Part shown: in pieces, positions 1 to 10,208 of the stretch | Position numbering within the stretch: position 1 is the first letter of the stretch | Layout: every line of letters begins with the position of its first letter | Assembly (NCBI GenBank): GCA_037142875.1 | Contig: JBAWZV010000002.1 | Location: 145,416 to 209,415 of the forward strand | Direction: 5' to 3' | Origin: Actinomycetes bacterium | GTDB lineage: Bacteria > Actinomycetota > Thermoleophilia > Gaiellales > Gaiellaceae | DNA: 64,000 nt | Made by a program: the position numbers and the translations under genes | The notes under the pieces: model-generated | Told to the model about the DNA's origin: nothing | The model's input: only the letters and a program-made list of their open reading frames with translations | Database searches by the model: none

Positions 1-157
1 ACAGCGAGCGGACACGGTCGGCGGCCGCGAGAATGTCGCCGTCAGAGGCGTGCTTCTCGCGCAGCTGGACGACGTCCACGCCTCCCGCAAGCGCCGCCGA
101 GACGACCGCTTCCAGGCGCGGATCGAGGCCGAGCACCAGGTAGAGGCGCGCTGCCAT
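1..157 (-). CDS. thiE: thiamine-phosphate synthase, N-terminal part (gene runs off the left edge)
   Basis: Minus-strand ATG at 157. The translation MAARLYLVLGLDPRLEAVVSAALAGGVDVVQLREKHASDGDIL... has the ThiE-type VQLREK N-terminus. Divergent from thiOSG. Too short to appear in the ORF track. Confidence 0.65.
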   Translation of the reverse strand, partial: MAARLYLVLGLDPRLEAVVSAALAGGVDVVQLREKHASDGDILAAADRVRSL

Positions 158-200
158 CAACCGATCTCGTCTCACGGGCCGACGCTAGCATCGACTCGGA

Positions 201-1264
201 ATGGGCGATCGCAGCTGCGATGCAGTCTTTGTCGGCGGTGGCCCGATCGGCCTCGCCTCGGCATGGCGCGCGGGCCAGCGCGGCCTCGATGTGCTCGTCC
301 TCGAACGCGACCACGCAGGTGCCGGCGCAGCCGATGTCGCCGCAGGGTGGCTCGCGCCGATCACCGAGACGCACTTCGACGAGCACGACGATCAGCTGCA
401 GCGGCGCCTCGAGGCCTGCGCCGCCTACCCGGGCTTCGTCGCGGAGCTTGCGCAGGAGACTGCAGTCGACCCCGGCTACCACCCCTGCGGCACCCTCGCC
501 GTCGCCCTCGACCGCGACGACGTCGAGTCGCTGCGTCGCGAGTACGACTTTCTGCGCGCGCTCGATCTGGATGTCGAGTGGCTCCTCCCAAGCGAAGCGC
601 GCGCGCTCGAGCCAGCGCTCTCGCCACGGGTCGCCGGCGCGCTCCACGCGCCGAGCGAGGCAGCCGTCGATCCTCGCCGCCTCTGCCGCGCCCTCGCCGC
701 CGCCGTCGGTGACCGCCTCGTCGAGGGGGCGGCCGTCACGGATCTCCTGCGCGACGGCGACCGCGTCACCGGGGTGCGGACCGCCGTCGGTGACTGCGTG
801 CACGCCGACACCGTGGTCGTTACGACCGGCGCCTGGTCGGGAAGCTGGCTTCCGCCCGAGCTCGCTCCGCCGGTGCGTCCCGTCAAGGGGCAGGTGCTCG
901 TCCTCGGCGGAGCCGAGCCGTGCACCCGTGCGCTGCGAACGTCCGGCATCTACATCGTTCCCCGTGGCGACGGCCGCCTCGTCCTCGGCGCAACCGTCGA
1001 GGAGCGCGGCTTCGACACGACGGTGACCGCCGGTGGCGTCCACGAGCTCCTGCGCGAGGCCTACCGGGTGCTCCCCGAAATCGCCGAGCTCGAGCTGCTC
1101 GAAGCCCGCGCAAGCCTCCGGCCGGGCAGTCCCGACAACAGCCCGATCATCGGCCCGGGGCCGGTTCCCGGCCTCGTCTACGCAACCGGCCACTACCGCA
1201 ACGGCATCCTCCTGACCCCGACCACCGCCGACGAGGTTGCCGCGCTGCTCGCCGGAGTTCACGC

Positions 1265-1268
<4 letters not shown>
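201..1268 (+). CDS. thiO: FAD-dependent glycine oxidase
   Basis: 355-aa ORF with an N-terminal dinucleotide-binding fold (VFVGGGPIGLASAW). Immediately followed by thiS-thiG with overlapping stop/start codons. Confidence 0.85.
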
Positions 1269-2244
<976 letters not shown>

Positions 2245-2270
2245 TGCATCCGCTGCGATAGAACACCTCG

Positions 2271-3239
2271 ATGCAGCAGCGCTCACTCGGCCGCACGAAC
2301 ATCCCGGTCTCGGAGCTCGGCTACGGGGCGTGGGGGATCGGCCGCTCGCTCTGGGTCGGCGCCGAGGACGACGACTCGCTCCGCGCGCTGCGCCGCGCTG
2401 TCGAGCGTGGCGTCACCTTCATCGACACGGCGCTCGCCTACGGTGACGGTCACAGCGAGAAGCTCGTCGGCGAGGTCGTGCGTTCCTCAACCGAGACGGT
2501 CCACGTTGCGACGAAGGTACCGCCGAAGAACGGTCAGTGGCCTGCACGTGCCGGTGTCCCGGCCGCCGAAGCGTTCCCCGGCGACTGGATCGAGCACTGC
2601 ACCGAGCGCAGCCTGCGCCATCTCGGTCTCGACACGATCGACGTGCAGCAGTTGCACGTCTGGAGCGACGAGTGGGTCGGCGACGGCGACTGGCTCGAGG
2701 CGGTCGAGCGGCTGAAGGCGGCCGGGAAGATCCGCTACTTCGGCGTCTCGGTCAACGACCACCAGCCGACAAACGCGCTGCGCCTGATCGAGTCCGGCGT
2801 CGTCGACACGGTGCAGGTGATCTACAACATCTTCGATCAGAGCCCCGCCGACGAGCTGTTCGCGGCCGTCCAGGAGGCAGACGTCGGTGTGATCGTTCGG
2901 GTGCCGTTCGACGAGGGCGGGCTGACCGGAAAGGTCACCGCCGACACCGAGTTTCCCGAGGGCGACTTCCGTAACCGTTACTTCGCCGGCGGTCGCAAGG
3001 CCGAGACGTGGGAGCACGTCCAGTCGATCGCGCGCGATCTTGAGATCCCGATCGACCGGCTTCCCGAGATCGCTCTGCGCTTCTGCCTCTCGCATCCGGC
3101 CGTCTCGACGGTGATCGCGGGGATGCGGTCGATCAGGAACGTCGATGCGAACGCAACGGCGTCTGATCTCGGTCCGCTCTCCGAGAACGAGCTTGCGCTG
3201 CTCGAAGCCCACCGCTGGGAGCGCAGCTTCTACGTCTAG
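2271..3239 (+). CDS. aldo/keto reductase family oxidoreductase
   Basis: 322-aa ORF with AKR N-terminal pattern ([32 protein letters not shown]). Confidence 0.9.
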   Translation: MQQRSLGRTNIPVSELGYGAWGIGRSLWVGAEDDDSLRALRRAVERGVTFIDTALAYGDGHSEKLVGEVVRSSTETVHVATKVPPKNGQWPARAGVPAAEAFPGDWIEHCTERSLRHLGLDTIDVQQLHVWSDEWVGDGDWLEAVERLKAAGKIRYFGVSVNDHQPTNALRLIESGVVDTVQVIYNIFDQSPADELFAAVQEADVGVIVRVPFDEGGLTGKVTADTEFPEGDFRNRYFAGGRKAETWEHVQSIARDLEIPIDRLPEIALRFCLSHPAVSTVIAGMRSIRNVDANATASDLGPLSENELALLEAHRWERSFYV

Positions 3240-4008
3240 CGAGCGCAGGAAAGACCCGTCGGGCTTCCGCGCGAAGCTCAGACGCGCCGAGGAACACCGT
3301 GAGGCGTTCGACGAGCTGTTCGGCGACTACCTGGCCAGGGCCCCGTACTCGATCACGGTCGACTACGACGAGCAGACCGGGTGGCACTCGCTGCGCTGGC
3401 ATGTCGACCAGGAGCCGCCGCTCGAGGATCTGGCGCTGATCTTTGGTGACATCCTCGGCAACCTCCGGACGTCGCTCGACTACCTCGTCTGGCAACTCGT
3501 CCTCGCCGGCGGGGGAACCCCCAGCCGCACCACCGCGTTTCCGGTTGCCCGGAGCCGGCGGTTCTGGCGTGAGCAGAGCGAGGAGATGCTCCAGGGCGTC
3601 GCGCCGGAGTGGGTGGCGAAGATCAAGTCGGTGCAGCCCTACCACGTCAAAGACCGGCCGGAGCTGCATCCGCTTGCGATCCTCGACCACGTCAACAACC
3701 TGAACAAGCACCGCTTTCTCCCGGTCGCCGTGCTGACGCCCGAGCGGTTCTCGTACCTCGTCAACGTCGCCGATGTCGCCGAGAACGAGGTGTTCGAGAG
3801 CCGAGACCTCGTCGAGCGGCCGATCGTGCACGGCGGCGAGCTCGCCCGGGTCCGCTGCGAGTCCCGCCGCCCGCTCGAGTTCAAGGTGGCCGAGAGCCCG
3901 CGCTTCCGCATCTCGTTCAAGGACGGTCTCGGCCACGACTGGCAGGCATTCGAGCTTGTCCAGTGGGTCCGGGAGACCGTGGCCGAGTTCGAGCCCGCAT
4001 TTCTCTGA
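3193..4008 (+). CDS. hypothetical protein (start uncertain: TTG 3193 or ATG 3145, both overlap the AKR gene)
   Basis: Long open frame 3145..4008 with coding-like composition. There is no in-frame ATG/GTG/TTG downstream of the AKR stop until far inside the ORF. I recognise no family. It ends 16 nt before the LexA operator. Confidence 0.5.
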   Translation: MRCSKPTAGSAASTSSERRKDPSGFRAKLRRAEEHREAFDELFGDYLARAPYSITVDYDEQTGWHSLRWHVDQEPPLEDLALIFGDILGNLRTSLDYLVWQLVLAGGGTPSRTTAFPVARSRRFWREQSEEMLQGVAPEWVAKIKSVQPYHVKDRPELHPLAILDHVNNLNKHRFLPVAVLTPERFSYLVNVADVAENEVFESRDLVERPIVHGGELARVRCESRRPLEFKVAESPRFRISFKDGLGHDWQAFELVQWVRETVAEFEPAFL

Positions 4009-4023
4009 TCGCCGCTTGACGAC

Positions 4024-4052
4024 GAACGTGTGTTCGTATAGAACACACGTTC
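4024..4052 (+). promoter_or_regulatory. two LexA (Cheo-type GAAC-N4-GTTC) boxes forming a 29-bp inverted repeat
   Basis: GAACGTGTGTTC (4024-4035) and GAACACACGTTC (4041-4052) are exact reverse complements separated by GTATA. TTGACG lies at 4016-4021. The second box ends 2 nt before the imuB GTG at 4055. Confidence 0.75.
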
Positions 4053-4054
4053 CT

Positions 4055-5239
4055 GTGATCGCTGCAATCGTCATTCCGGCTTTCGACCTGCGGGCGGCTC
4101 TCTGCCTGCAGCCGGGGCTCGAAACGGAGCCGGCAGCCCTCGCGCCGGCGCCCGGCAAGGAGGCGCTGATCGGCTCCGTCACGACCGCAGCGCAGGCCAG
4201 GGGAGTGCGCGCCGGGATGCGTCTTGGCGAGGCGCTCGCGATCTGTCCGCAGCTCACCCTCGTCGAGCAGGATCCGGCAACGGTCGAGCAGGAGTGGGAG
4301 GGGGTGCTCCGCCGTCTCGAGGACGCCGGCTTTGCTGTCGAACCGTGCGGGCCGGGGCTTCTCTACTTCGAATCGGAGGGTGTCGAGCGTCTCTACGGCG
4401 GTCTCGAGCCTGCACTCAAACGCTCGCTCGCCGCTGTCGGGCAGCAGTGGGATGCTCGCGCAGGAGCAGCCAGGCGGCGGTTTGCCGCGCTTGCAGCCGC
4501 CAACGTGGCGCGGCCGGGGCAGGCGCTGATCGTCGCAGACGGCCGCACGCGCACCTTCCTTGCGCCGCTTCCGCTCGCGCTGCTACCGCTCGACCGCAGC
4601 CGGTACGAGGAGCTCGAAAACCTTGGAGTCAGAACGATCGGACAGCTTGCCGGGCTGCCGGGTGGCGCCGTCGCCGAACGACTGGGGCCGGACGGCCGGC
4701 GTGCCTGGAGCCTGGCGAGAGGGGAGCAGGATGGAGGAGTCATGCCACGACGGCCGGCAGAGACTCTCCACGAGACGCTCGAGTTCCCGGAGGCAGTCGG
4801 CCAGGAGCTGACGCTCCGGCGCGGGCTCGGTGTGCTCGTCGACCGCCTGCTCGCACGACCGGAACGCGCGGGGCGTCCGCCCAGGAAGCTCGCCCTCTGG
4901 GCACGGCTTCCCGGCGGCGCCTCGTGGCACCGGACGGTCACTCTGCGCGAGCCGACGGCCGATCCGGCCCGGCTGCGGATGGCGCTCGGGTCGAAGCTGG
5001 CGGAGCTGCCGGCGCCCGCACTGAAACTTCGGCTCGAGCTGGTGGAGCTGGCCGAGTGCACCGGCGAGCAGCTTGAGCTGGTTCGGGCCGAAGGCCAAGT
5101 CATGCAAGGCCGGTTGCGGGAGGGTCTGCGCCAGGTGCGTGCAGCCGTCGGCTCCGGCGGAATCTCACACATCGTGGAGGTGGCGCCATGGTCCCGCATA
5201 CCGGAAGCACGCGCCGTGCTCGTCCCGCGCGACGACTGA
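4055..5239 (+). CDS. imuB: Y-family polymerase-like SOS mutagenesis protein ImuB
   Basis: In-frame GTG at 4055 within track ORF 3773..5239. VIAAIVIPAFDLRAAL... and GVRAGMRLGEALAICP are typical of ImuB/DinB-fold proteins. It lies directly upstream of dnaE2 and directly downstream of the LexA boxes. Confidence 0.8.
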   Translation: MIAAIVIPAFDLRAALCLQPGLETEPAALAPAPGKEALIGSVTTAAQARGVRAGMRLGEALAICPQLTLVEQDPATVEQEWEGVLRRLEDAGFAVEPCGPGLLYFESEGVERLYGGLEPALKRSLAAVGQQWDARAGAARRRFAALAAANVARPGQALIVADGRTRTFLAPLPLALLPLDRSRYEELENLGVRTIGQLAGLPGGAVAERLGPDGRRAWSLARGEQDGGVMPRRPAETLHETLEFPEAVGQELTLRRGLGVLVDRLLARPERAGRPPRKLALWARLPGGASWHRTVTLREPTADPARLRMALGSKLAELPAPALKLRLELVELAECTGEQLELVRAEGQVMQGRLREGLRQVRAAVGSGGISHIVEVAPWSRIPEARAVLVPRDD

Positions 5240-5463
5240 ATGCCCCGCGGCCTGCGCTCGTCGAGGGTCACGCCGACGGCACTCCTCGCCGGATCAACCG
5301 GCAGGAGGTCGCGCTGCTTCGTGAGGAGTGGCGCATCGTCGACCGCTGGTGGACGGAGGAGCCGGTCGACCGACGCTACTTCGACGTGGTGCTCGAAACC
5401 GGCGAGAACACCGTCGTCTACCACGACGGCGAGAGCGGCATCTGGTTCATCCAGCGAGCCTGA
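5188..5463 (+). CDS. small protein corresponding to the ImuB C-terminal module (separate -1 frame)
   Basis: 91-aa ORF overlapping the imuB 3' end by 52 nt. The segment RIVDRWWTEEPVDRRYFDVVLETGENTVVYHDGESGIWFIQRA resembles the WW...(R/D)YF...W(F/L) tail I recall at the C-terminus of full-length ImuB proteins. Confidence 0.55.
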   Translation: MVPHTGSTRRARPARRLNAPRPALVEGHADGTPRRINRQEVALLREEWRIVDRWWTEEPVDRRYFDVVLETGENTVVYHDGESGIWFIQRA

Positions 5464-5478
5464 CAGCAGAAGCGGCGC

Positions 5479-8400
5479 ATGACGTACGTCGAGCTGCACG
5501 CGCACTCGGCGTACTCGTTCCTCGACGGTGCCTCGCTTCCCGAGGAGCTGGCGGCGCGGGCGGCCGAGCTGGGCTACGACGCGTTCGCGCTGACCGACCA
5601 CGACGGTGTCTACGGCTCGCTCGAGTTCGCCCATGCCGCCAAGCCGCTCGGCCTGCGGCCGATCACCGGCGCCGAGGTGACGCTCGCAGGCGGCGCGCAC
5701 ATCACGCTGCTCTGCGAGAGCCAGCGCGGCTACGCAAACCTCTGCCGCATCCTCACCGCCGCGCACGCCCAGACACGCGTCGTTGGCCGCGAACGTGACC
5801 TGCTGCCTGCTGCGGTCGACCTCGACACGGTGATGGCCCACAGCGAGGGGCTTGTGTGTCTCTCCGGATGTGCCCGTCATGGGCTCGGCACCGTCGATCC
5901 GACTGCAACGGCACGCCTTGGCGGGGCGTTCCCGGGCGCGTTCTACGTCGAGCTGCAACGCCCGTTCGAGCGCGGCGATCGCCGCCGCAACCTCGCCCTG
6001 CAGGCGCTCGCCGAGACGCTCGGCGTTCCAACGGTCGCAACCGGCGATGTGCACGCCCACCATGCGCGCCGCAGTCACCTGCAGGACACGCTCGTTGCGA
6101 TCCGGACACGCTCCTCACTCGACGGCTCCGAGCAGGAGCGACGTGGCAACCACGAGTCGGTGCTGCTCTCGCCAGCCGAGATGGCCGAGCGCCTCCCGCG
6201 CGCCGCCGTCGCCCGCACCCGCGAGATCGCCGACCGCTGTACCTTTGACCTCACCCAGGAGCTCGGCTACCGCTACCCGGACTTCTCCGACGGCCCAGAC
6301 GCTGCCGACATTCGCCTGCGTACCGTCTGCGAATTGGCGTTCCACGTGCGCTACGGCGGTGAACGCGATCCGCTTACGGTTGCGAGGTGGCGGGAGCGGC
6401 TCGAGACGGAGCTGGCGTTGATCGGGCGGCTCGGGCTCGCCGGGTTCTTCCTCCTGCATCACGAGGTGCTCGAGCTTGCCCGCGAGATCGCACTCGACGT
6501 CCGCGGCCCCGGCTCTGCCCGCAACGTCCTGCCACCGGGCCGCGGACGTGGTTCGAGCGTTGGGTCGATCGTCTGCTATCTGACCGGCCTCTCGCACGTC
6601 GACCCGGTGCTTGCGAACCTCTCGCTCGGCCGGTTCCTGAACGACGAGATGGCCGGGGTACCAGACATCGACCTCGACTTCCCCCGGGACATCCGCGAGC
6701 GGCTGATCGTCGCGATCACCGAGCGTTACGGCCGCGACCACGCCGCGCTCGTCGCCACGTTCTCGACGTACCGCAGTCGTGGTGCAATCCGCGATGTCGG
6801 GAAGGCGCTGAGCCTGCCCTACGGCGAGCTGGAGCGCCTCGCCCGCGTCACCGACGGTTGGGACGCCACGCAGGTCGCCGAGGAGCTCGACACGGTCTCC
6901 GGCCGCCACAGCGGGCCGCGGTGGGCGGCCTTCAGGGAGCTGACCCGGGAGATCGCCGGGCTGCCACGTCACATCTCACAGCATCCCGGCGGGATGATCA
7001 TCTCGACGAGGCCGCTGATCGATCTCGTACCCGTCCAGCCGGCCGCGATGGCTGGACGTCAGATCTGCCAGTGGGACAAGGACTCCTGCTCCGATGCGGG
7101 CTTCCTCAAGATTGACCTGCTCGGCCTCGGGATGCTCTCGGCGGTCGAGGATGCCGTCGAGCAGATCGCCCGCTTGCGGAGTGAGCCGATCGATCTCTCC
7201 CGCATCCCGCTCGACGACCCGGGCGTGTACGCGGAGATCCAGGTTGCCGACACGGTCGGGGTCTTCCAGATCGAGAGCCGCGCGCAGATGCAGAGCCTCC
7301 TACGCACCCGCCCGGAGAACCTCCACGACCTCACTGTCCAGGTCGCGCTCGTCCGTCCAGGGCCGATCCAGGGAAAGTCCGTCCACCCGTACATCTCTCA
7401 CCGTCAGAGTCTCCGCGACGACCCCGCGTTCATCTACCCGGTCGAGCATGAGCTGCTGCGTGAGCCGCTGCGCGACACCCTCGGTGTGGTCGTCTTCCAG
7501 GACCAGGTGCTCGACGTCTCGATGGCCTGCGCCGGGTTCACAGTGGGGGAGGCCGAGGGGCTTCGCCGGGCGATGAGCCGCAAGCGCAGCGAGGCGGCGA
7601 TCCAGGCGTTTCGGCCCCGGTTCGTCGCAGGGTGCCTCGAAAACGCGATCGACGAGCAGACCGCGCATGCGATCTACGACAAGCTCGTCGGCTTCTCCGG
7701 ATTCGGCTTCCCCCGTTCGCACGCGGCCGCGTTTGCGTTGCTCGCCTACCAGTCTGCGTGGCTGCGCTGCCACTACCCGGCCGAGTTTCTCTGCTCGCTG
7801 CTGAACGCCCAGCCGATGGGCTTCTACCCGCCGGCGTCGCTGATCCGCGACGCCCAGCGGCGCGGGGTGGAGGTACATCCGCCGGATGTCAACCGAAGCG
7901 ACGCCCGCTGTGCGATCGAAGCCGGCGCCGTCCGGATCGGGCTCGGCTACGTCCGCTCGGTCGGATCAACCGAGGCAGAGCTGCTCGCCGAAGCCGCCCC
8001 GTTTGCCGACGTCGGCGACCTCGCCCGCCGCGGCCCGGTCGGGAAGGGCGTGCTCGAAGCGCTCGTCTCTGCCGGCGCCTGCGACGAGTGGGGGCCACGC
8101 CGCGAGCTTCTCTGGCGCCTCGGTGTCACCCCTCGCGGCGAGAACGTCAGCGGCGGCTCGCGGCAGCTCGCCCTGCCGATCGGCCCAACCGCCGAGACAC
8201 CCGAGCTTCCAGTCCAGACCGACTGGGAGCGGATGCTGGCCGACTACCGCCACACCTCCGTCTCGGTCGGCGTGCACCCGCTCGACCTGCTGCGACCGCA
8301 TCTCCCCGAGTCGTGCGTGCCAAGCAACGAGCTGTCCGGTGTCCCGAACCGCTCCCTTGTCTCCGTCGCCGGTCTCACGGTCGCCCGTCAGCGCCCGTCG

Positions 8401-8667
8401 ACTGCCAACGGCATCGTCTTCATGCTCCTCGAGGACGAGCACGGCCAGATGAACCTGATCATCCCGCCCCCCGTCTACGAGGCGCACCGCTCGATCGTCC
8501 GCAGCGAGCCGCTGCTGCTCGCCCGCGGCCGCTTCGAACGCGTCGGCCGCAACGAGAACGTCCTCGTCGACTCCCTCGAATCCCTCGGCCCCCTCGCCCG
8601 TCGCATCGCAGGCAAGGCAGAGGTGCGCTCATCGCTCCCCGGCGCCCACCACTTCGGGGGCCGCTGA
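5479..8667 (+). CDS. dnaE2: error-prone DNA polymerase III alpha subunit DnaE2
   Basis: 1062-aa ORF with a PHP-domain start (VELHAHSAYSFLDGAS) and a pol III alpha core. Size and position after imuB fit DnaE2. Confidence 0.95.
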   Translation: MTYVELHAHSAYSFLDGASLPEELAARAAELGYDAFALTDHDGVYGSLEFAHAAKPLGLRPITGAEVTLAGGAHITLLCESQRGYANLCRILTAAHAQTRVVGRERDLLPAAVDLDTVMAHSEGLVCLSGCARHGLGTVDPTATARLGGAFPGAFYVELQRPFERGDRRRNLALQALAETLGVPTVATGDVHAHHARRSHLQDTLVAIRTRSSLDGSEQERRGNHESVLLSPAEMAERLPRAAVARTREIADRCTFDLTQELGYRYPDFSDGPDAADIRLRTVCELAFHVRYGGERDPLTVARWRERLETELALIGRLGLAGFFLLHHEVLELAREIALDVRGPGSARNVLPPGRGRGSSVGSIVCYLTGLSHVDPVLANLSLGRFLNDEMAGVPDIDLDFPRDIRERLIVAITERYGRDHAALVATFSTYRSRGAIRDVGKALSLPYGELERLARVTDGWDATQVAEELDTVSGRHSGPRWAAFRELTREIAGLPRHISQHPGGMIISTRPLIDLVPVQPAAMAGRQICQWDKDSCSDAGFLKIDLLGLGMLSAVEDAVEQIARLRSEPIDLSRIPLDDPGVYAEIQVADTVGVFQIESRAQMQSLLRTRPENLHDLTVQVALVRPGPIQGKSVHPYISHRQSLRDDPAFIYPVEHELLREPLRDTLGVVVFQDQVLDVSMACAGFTVGEAEGLRRAMSRKRSEAAIQAFRPRFVAGCLENAIDEQTAHAIYDKLVGFSGFGFPRSHAAAFALLAYQSAWLRCHYPAEFLCSLLNAQPMGFYPPASLIRDAQRRGVEVHPPDVNRSDARCAIEAGAVRIGLGYVRSVGSTEAELLAEAAPFADVGDLARRGPVGKGVLEALVSAGACDEWGPRRELLWRLGVTPRGENVSGGSRQLALPIGPTAETPELPVQTDWERMLADYRHTSVSVGVHPLDLLRPHLPESCVPSNELSGVPNRSLVSVAGLTVARQRPSTANGIVFMLLEDEHGQMNLIIPPPVYEAHRSIVRSEPLLLARGRFERVGRNENVLVDSLESLGPLARRIAGKAEVRSSLPGAHHFGGR

Positions 8668-8842
8668 TGGACAGCACGACGCACGCCGAGGCTGCGCGTG
8701 GTTGCTACCCGCGTGTCAGGTTGATGTCGCTGATCGCCGCGGAGCCGTCGGGCAGCTTGATGCTCACCTTGCCGGTGAAGGTCTTGCCGGAGAACGTGCC
8801 CTTGATCGACCACGCCAGACCGAGTGCGCACGGCATGCAAGC

Positions 8843-9157
8843 TCAGTTGTTCTCGATCTCGAGCCCGAACTCGGGAAGCCGCTTGACGACGGCCCGGTTG
8901 AACTCGGCCTCGTACGTCTCGCCGGTCTCCTCGTCAAGCGTGCGCGCGTAGGAGTCGCGGATGTCGGCGAGGATCTCGGTTCCGGTCTCGACGGCATCGA
9001 CGTAGTCGCCGTAGAGCTCCTCGGCTTCGTCGCGGCTCGCACGGTTGTAGGCATCCAGACGTTCGCGCGCCTCGATGATCACCTCGGGGTAGTCGCGAAC
9101 GAAGAGGTCAAGCTGGCGCACGATCAGGTCGTGGAATCTGCTGCGGCGAAAGATCAC
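8843..9157 (-). CDS. hypothetical protein
   Basis: GTG at 9157 overlaps the stop of the upstream glycosyltransferase (GTGA). 104 aa, VIFRRSRFHDLIVRQLDLFVRDYPEV...; it is the 3' part of track ORF 8843..9514. Confidence 0.6.
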   Translation of the reverse strand: MIFRRSRFHDLIVRQLDLFVRDYPEVIIEARERLDAYNRASRDEAEELYGDYVDAVETGTEILADIRDSYARTLDEETGETYEAEFNRAVVKRLPEFGLEIENN

Positions 9158-10191
9158 GCGAGCTCCCGGTAGAGCGCGAGGTGCGAGGCCGCCGCTGCCT
9201 CCCAGGTCAGCTCCGCACGCGCCCGCTCGGCTCCTGCGCGGGCTGCGGCAAGGGCAGTGGGGTCGGCAAGCAGCTCGGCGGCGGCCGCCGTGAGCGCCTC
9301 GACGTCCCCGGCGGCGACGACCCGGCCTGCGCCGTAGCGCTCGATCGGCTCGGCGAGTCCGCCTGCGTCGTAGGCGACAGCCGGCACCCCGGCCCCGAGC
9401 GCCTGCAGGAGCGCTCCCGACTGGTCGAGCTCGGCCCGGTACGGGAAGATCGCCACCGTCGCCTCGGAGAGCGCCCGGTCGAGGTCGACGGGGGAGAGGT
9501 ACTCGAGCCGCCACTCCGTTCGGGGCGCGTCACGGAGGCCCGACAGGTCCATCGCAGGATCCCCGGCGACGAGAAGTCGAGCGTCGGGCAGTCGCCGCAC
9601 GACCTCGATCGCGTCGGGCAGCCCCTTGTACGGGCGGATCACGCCGAGCGCGAGGATCGTCTGGCCGTCGTCGGCGCGCACAGCGTTGCTCGGGTAGACG
9701 GGGTGCGAGATCACGCGGGTCTCGATCCCGAGCTCAGCGAGGGTCGCCGCGCCACGCTCGGTGTGGACGACGACGCGGTCGAAGCGCTCGAGCAGCCGCG
9801 TCCACAGGTCGCGCTTCCCGGCTGTTCGCCGCGGCAGGAGATCGTGCGCGGTGAAGACCGACGGCGAGCGGAAGCGAATGTGGACGTCCACCTGCGGCAC
9901 CGGCAGCCACTGGACGTGCAGCACGTCTGTCCGTAGGCGGGCAAGCGAGGTTGCGACGAGGAGGTGCTCGGCGAGCTTGACCGGAAGTCGGGCCTTCGAC
10001 CGGCGAAACAGACGCGACGAGAGCGGGTAGAACCGCTCGTTGCGCCGATACCTGACCGCGGGCGGCAGATCCGAGAACCGGAACGGCGACGTGGCGAGCT
10101 CCACGTCTGCTCCAGCGGCGGCGAGGGCCGTCGCGAGCTCGTGGTCGTACCACGGCGTATACGCAGGAGGGTCGGCAAGAACGACGCGCAC
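9154..10191 (-). CDS. GT-B fold glycosyltransferase (GT4-like)
   Basis: Conserved part starts VRVVLADPPAYTPWYDHELA. The C-terminal region FPYRAELDQSGALLQALGAGVPAVAY is the E-x7-E type sugar-donor region. GTG 10191 was chosen; ATG 10224 would overlap the divergent gene. Confidence 0.8.
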   Translation of the reverse strand: MRVVLADPPAYTPWYDHELATALAAAGADVELATSPFRFSDLPPAVRYRRNERFYPLSSRLFRRSKARLPVKLAEHLLVATSLARLRTDVLHVQWLPVPQVDVHIRFRSPSVFTAHDLLPRRTAGKRDLWTRLLERFDRVVVHTERGAATLAELGIETRVISHPVYPSNAVRADDGQTILALGVIRPYKGLPDAIEVVRRLPDARLLVAGDPAMDLSGLRDAPRTEWRLEYLSPVDLDRALSEATVAIFPYRAELDQSGALLQALGAGVPAVAYDAGGLAEPIERYGAGRVVAAGDVEALTAAAAELLADPTALAAARAGAERARAELTWEAAAASHLALYRELA

Positions 10192-10208
10192 GTGCCTACA
10201 GTAGAGGC

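Noticed and set aside
4393-6078. 561-aa minus-strand ORF
   Set aside because: It is antisense to imuB and dnaE2, has no recognisable motifs and has biased composition. This is a GC artefact.
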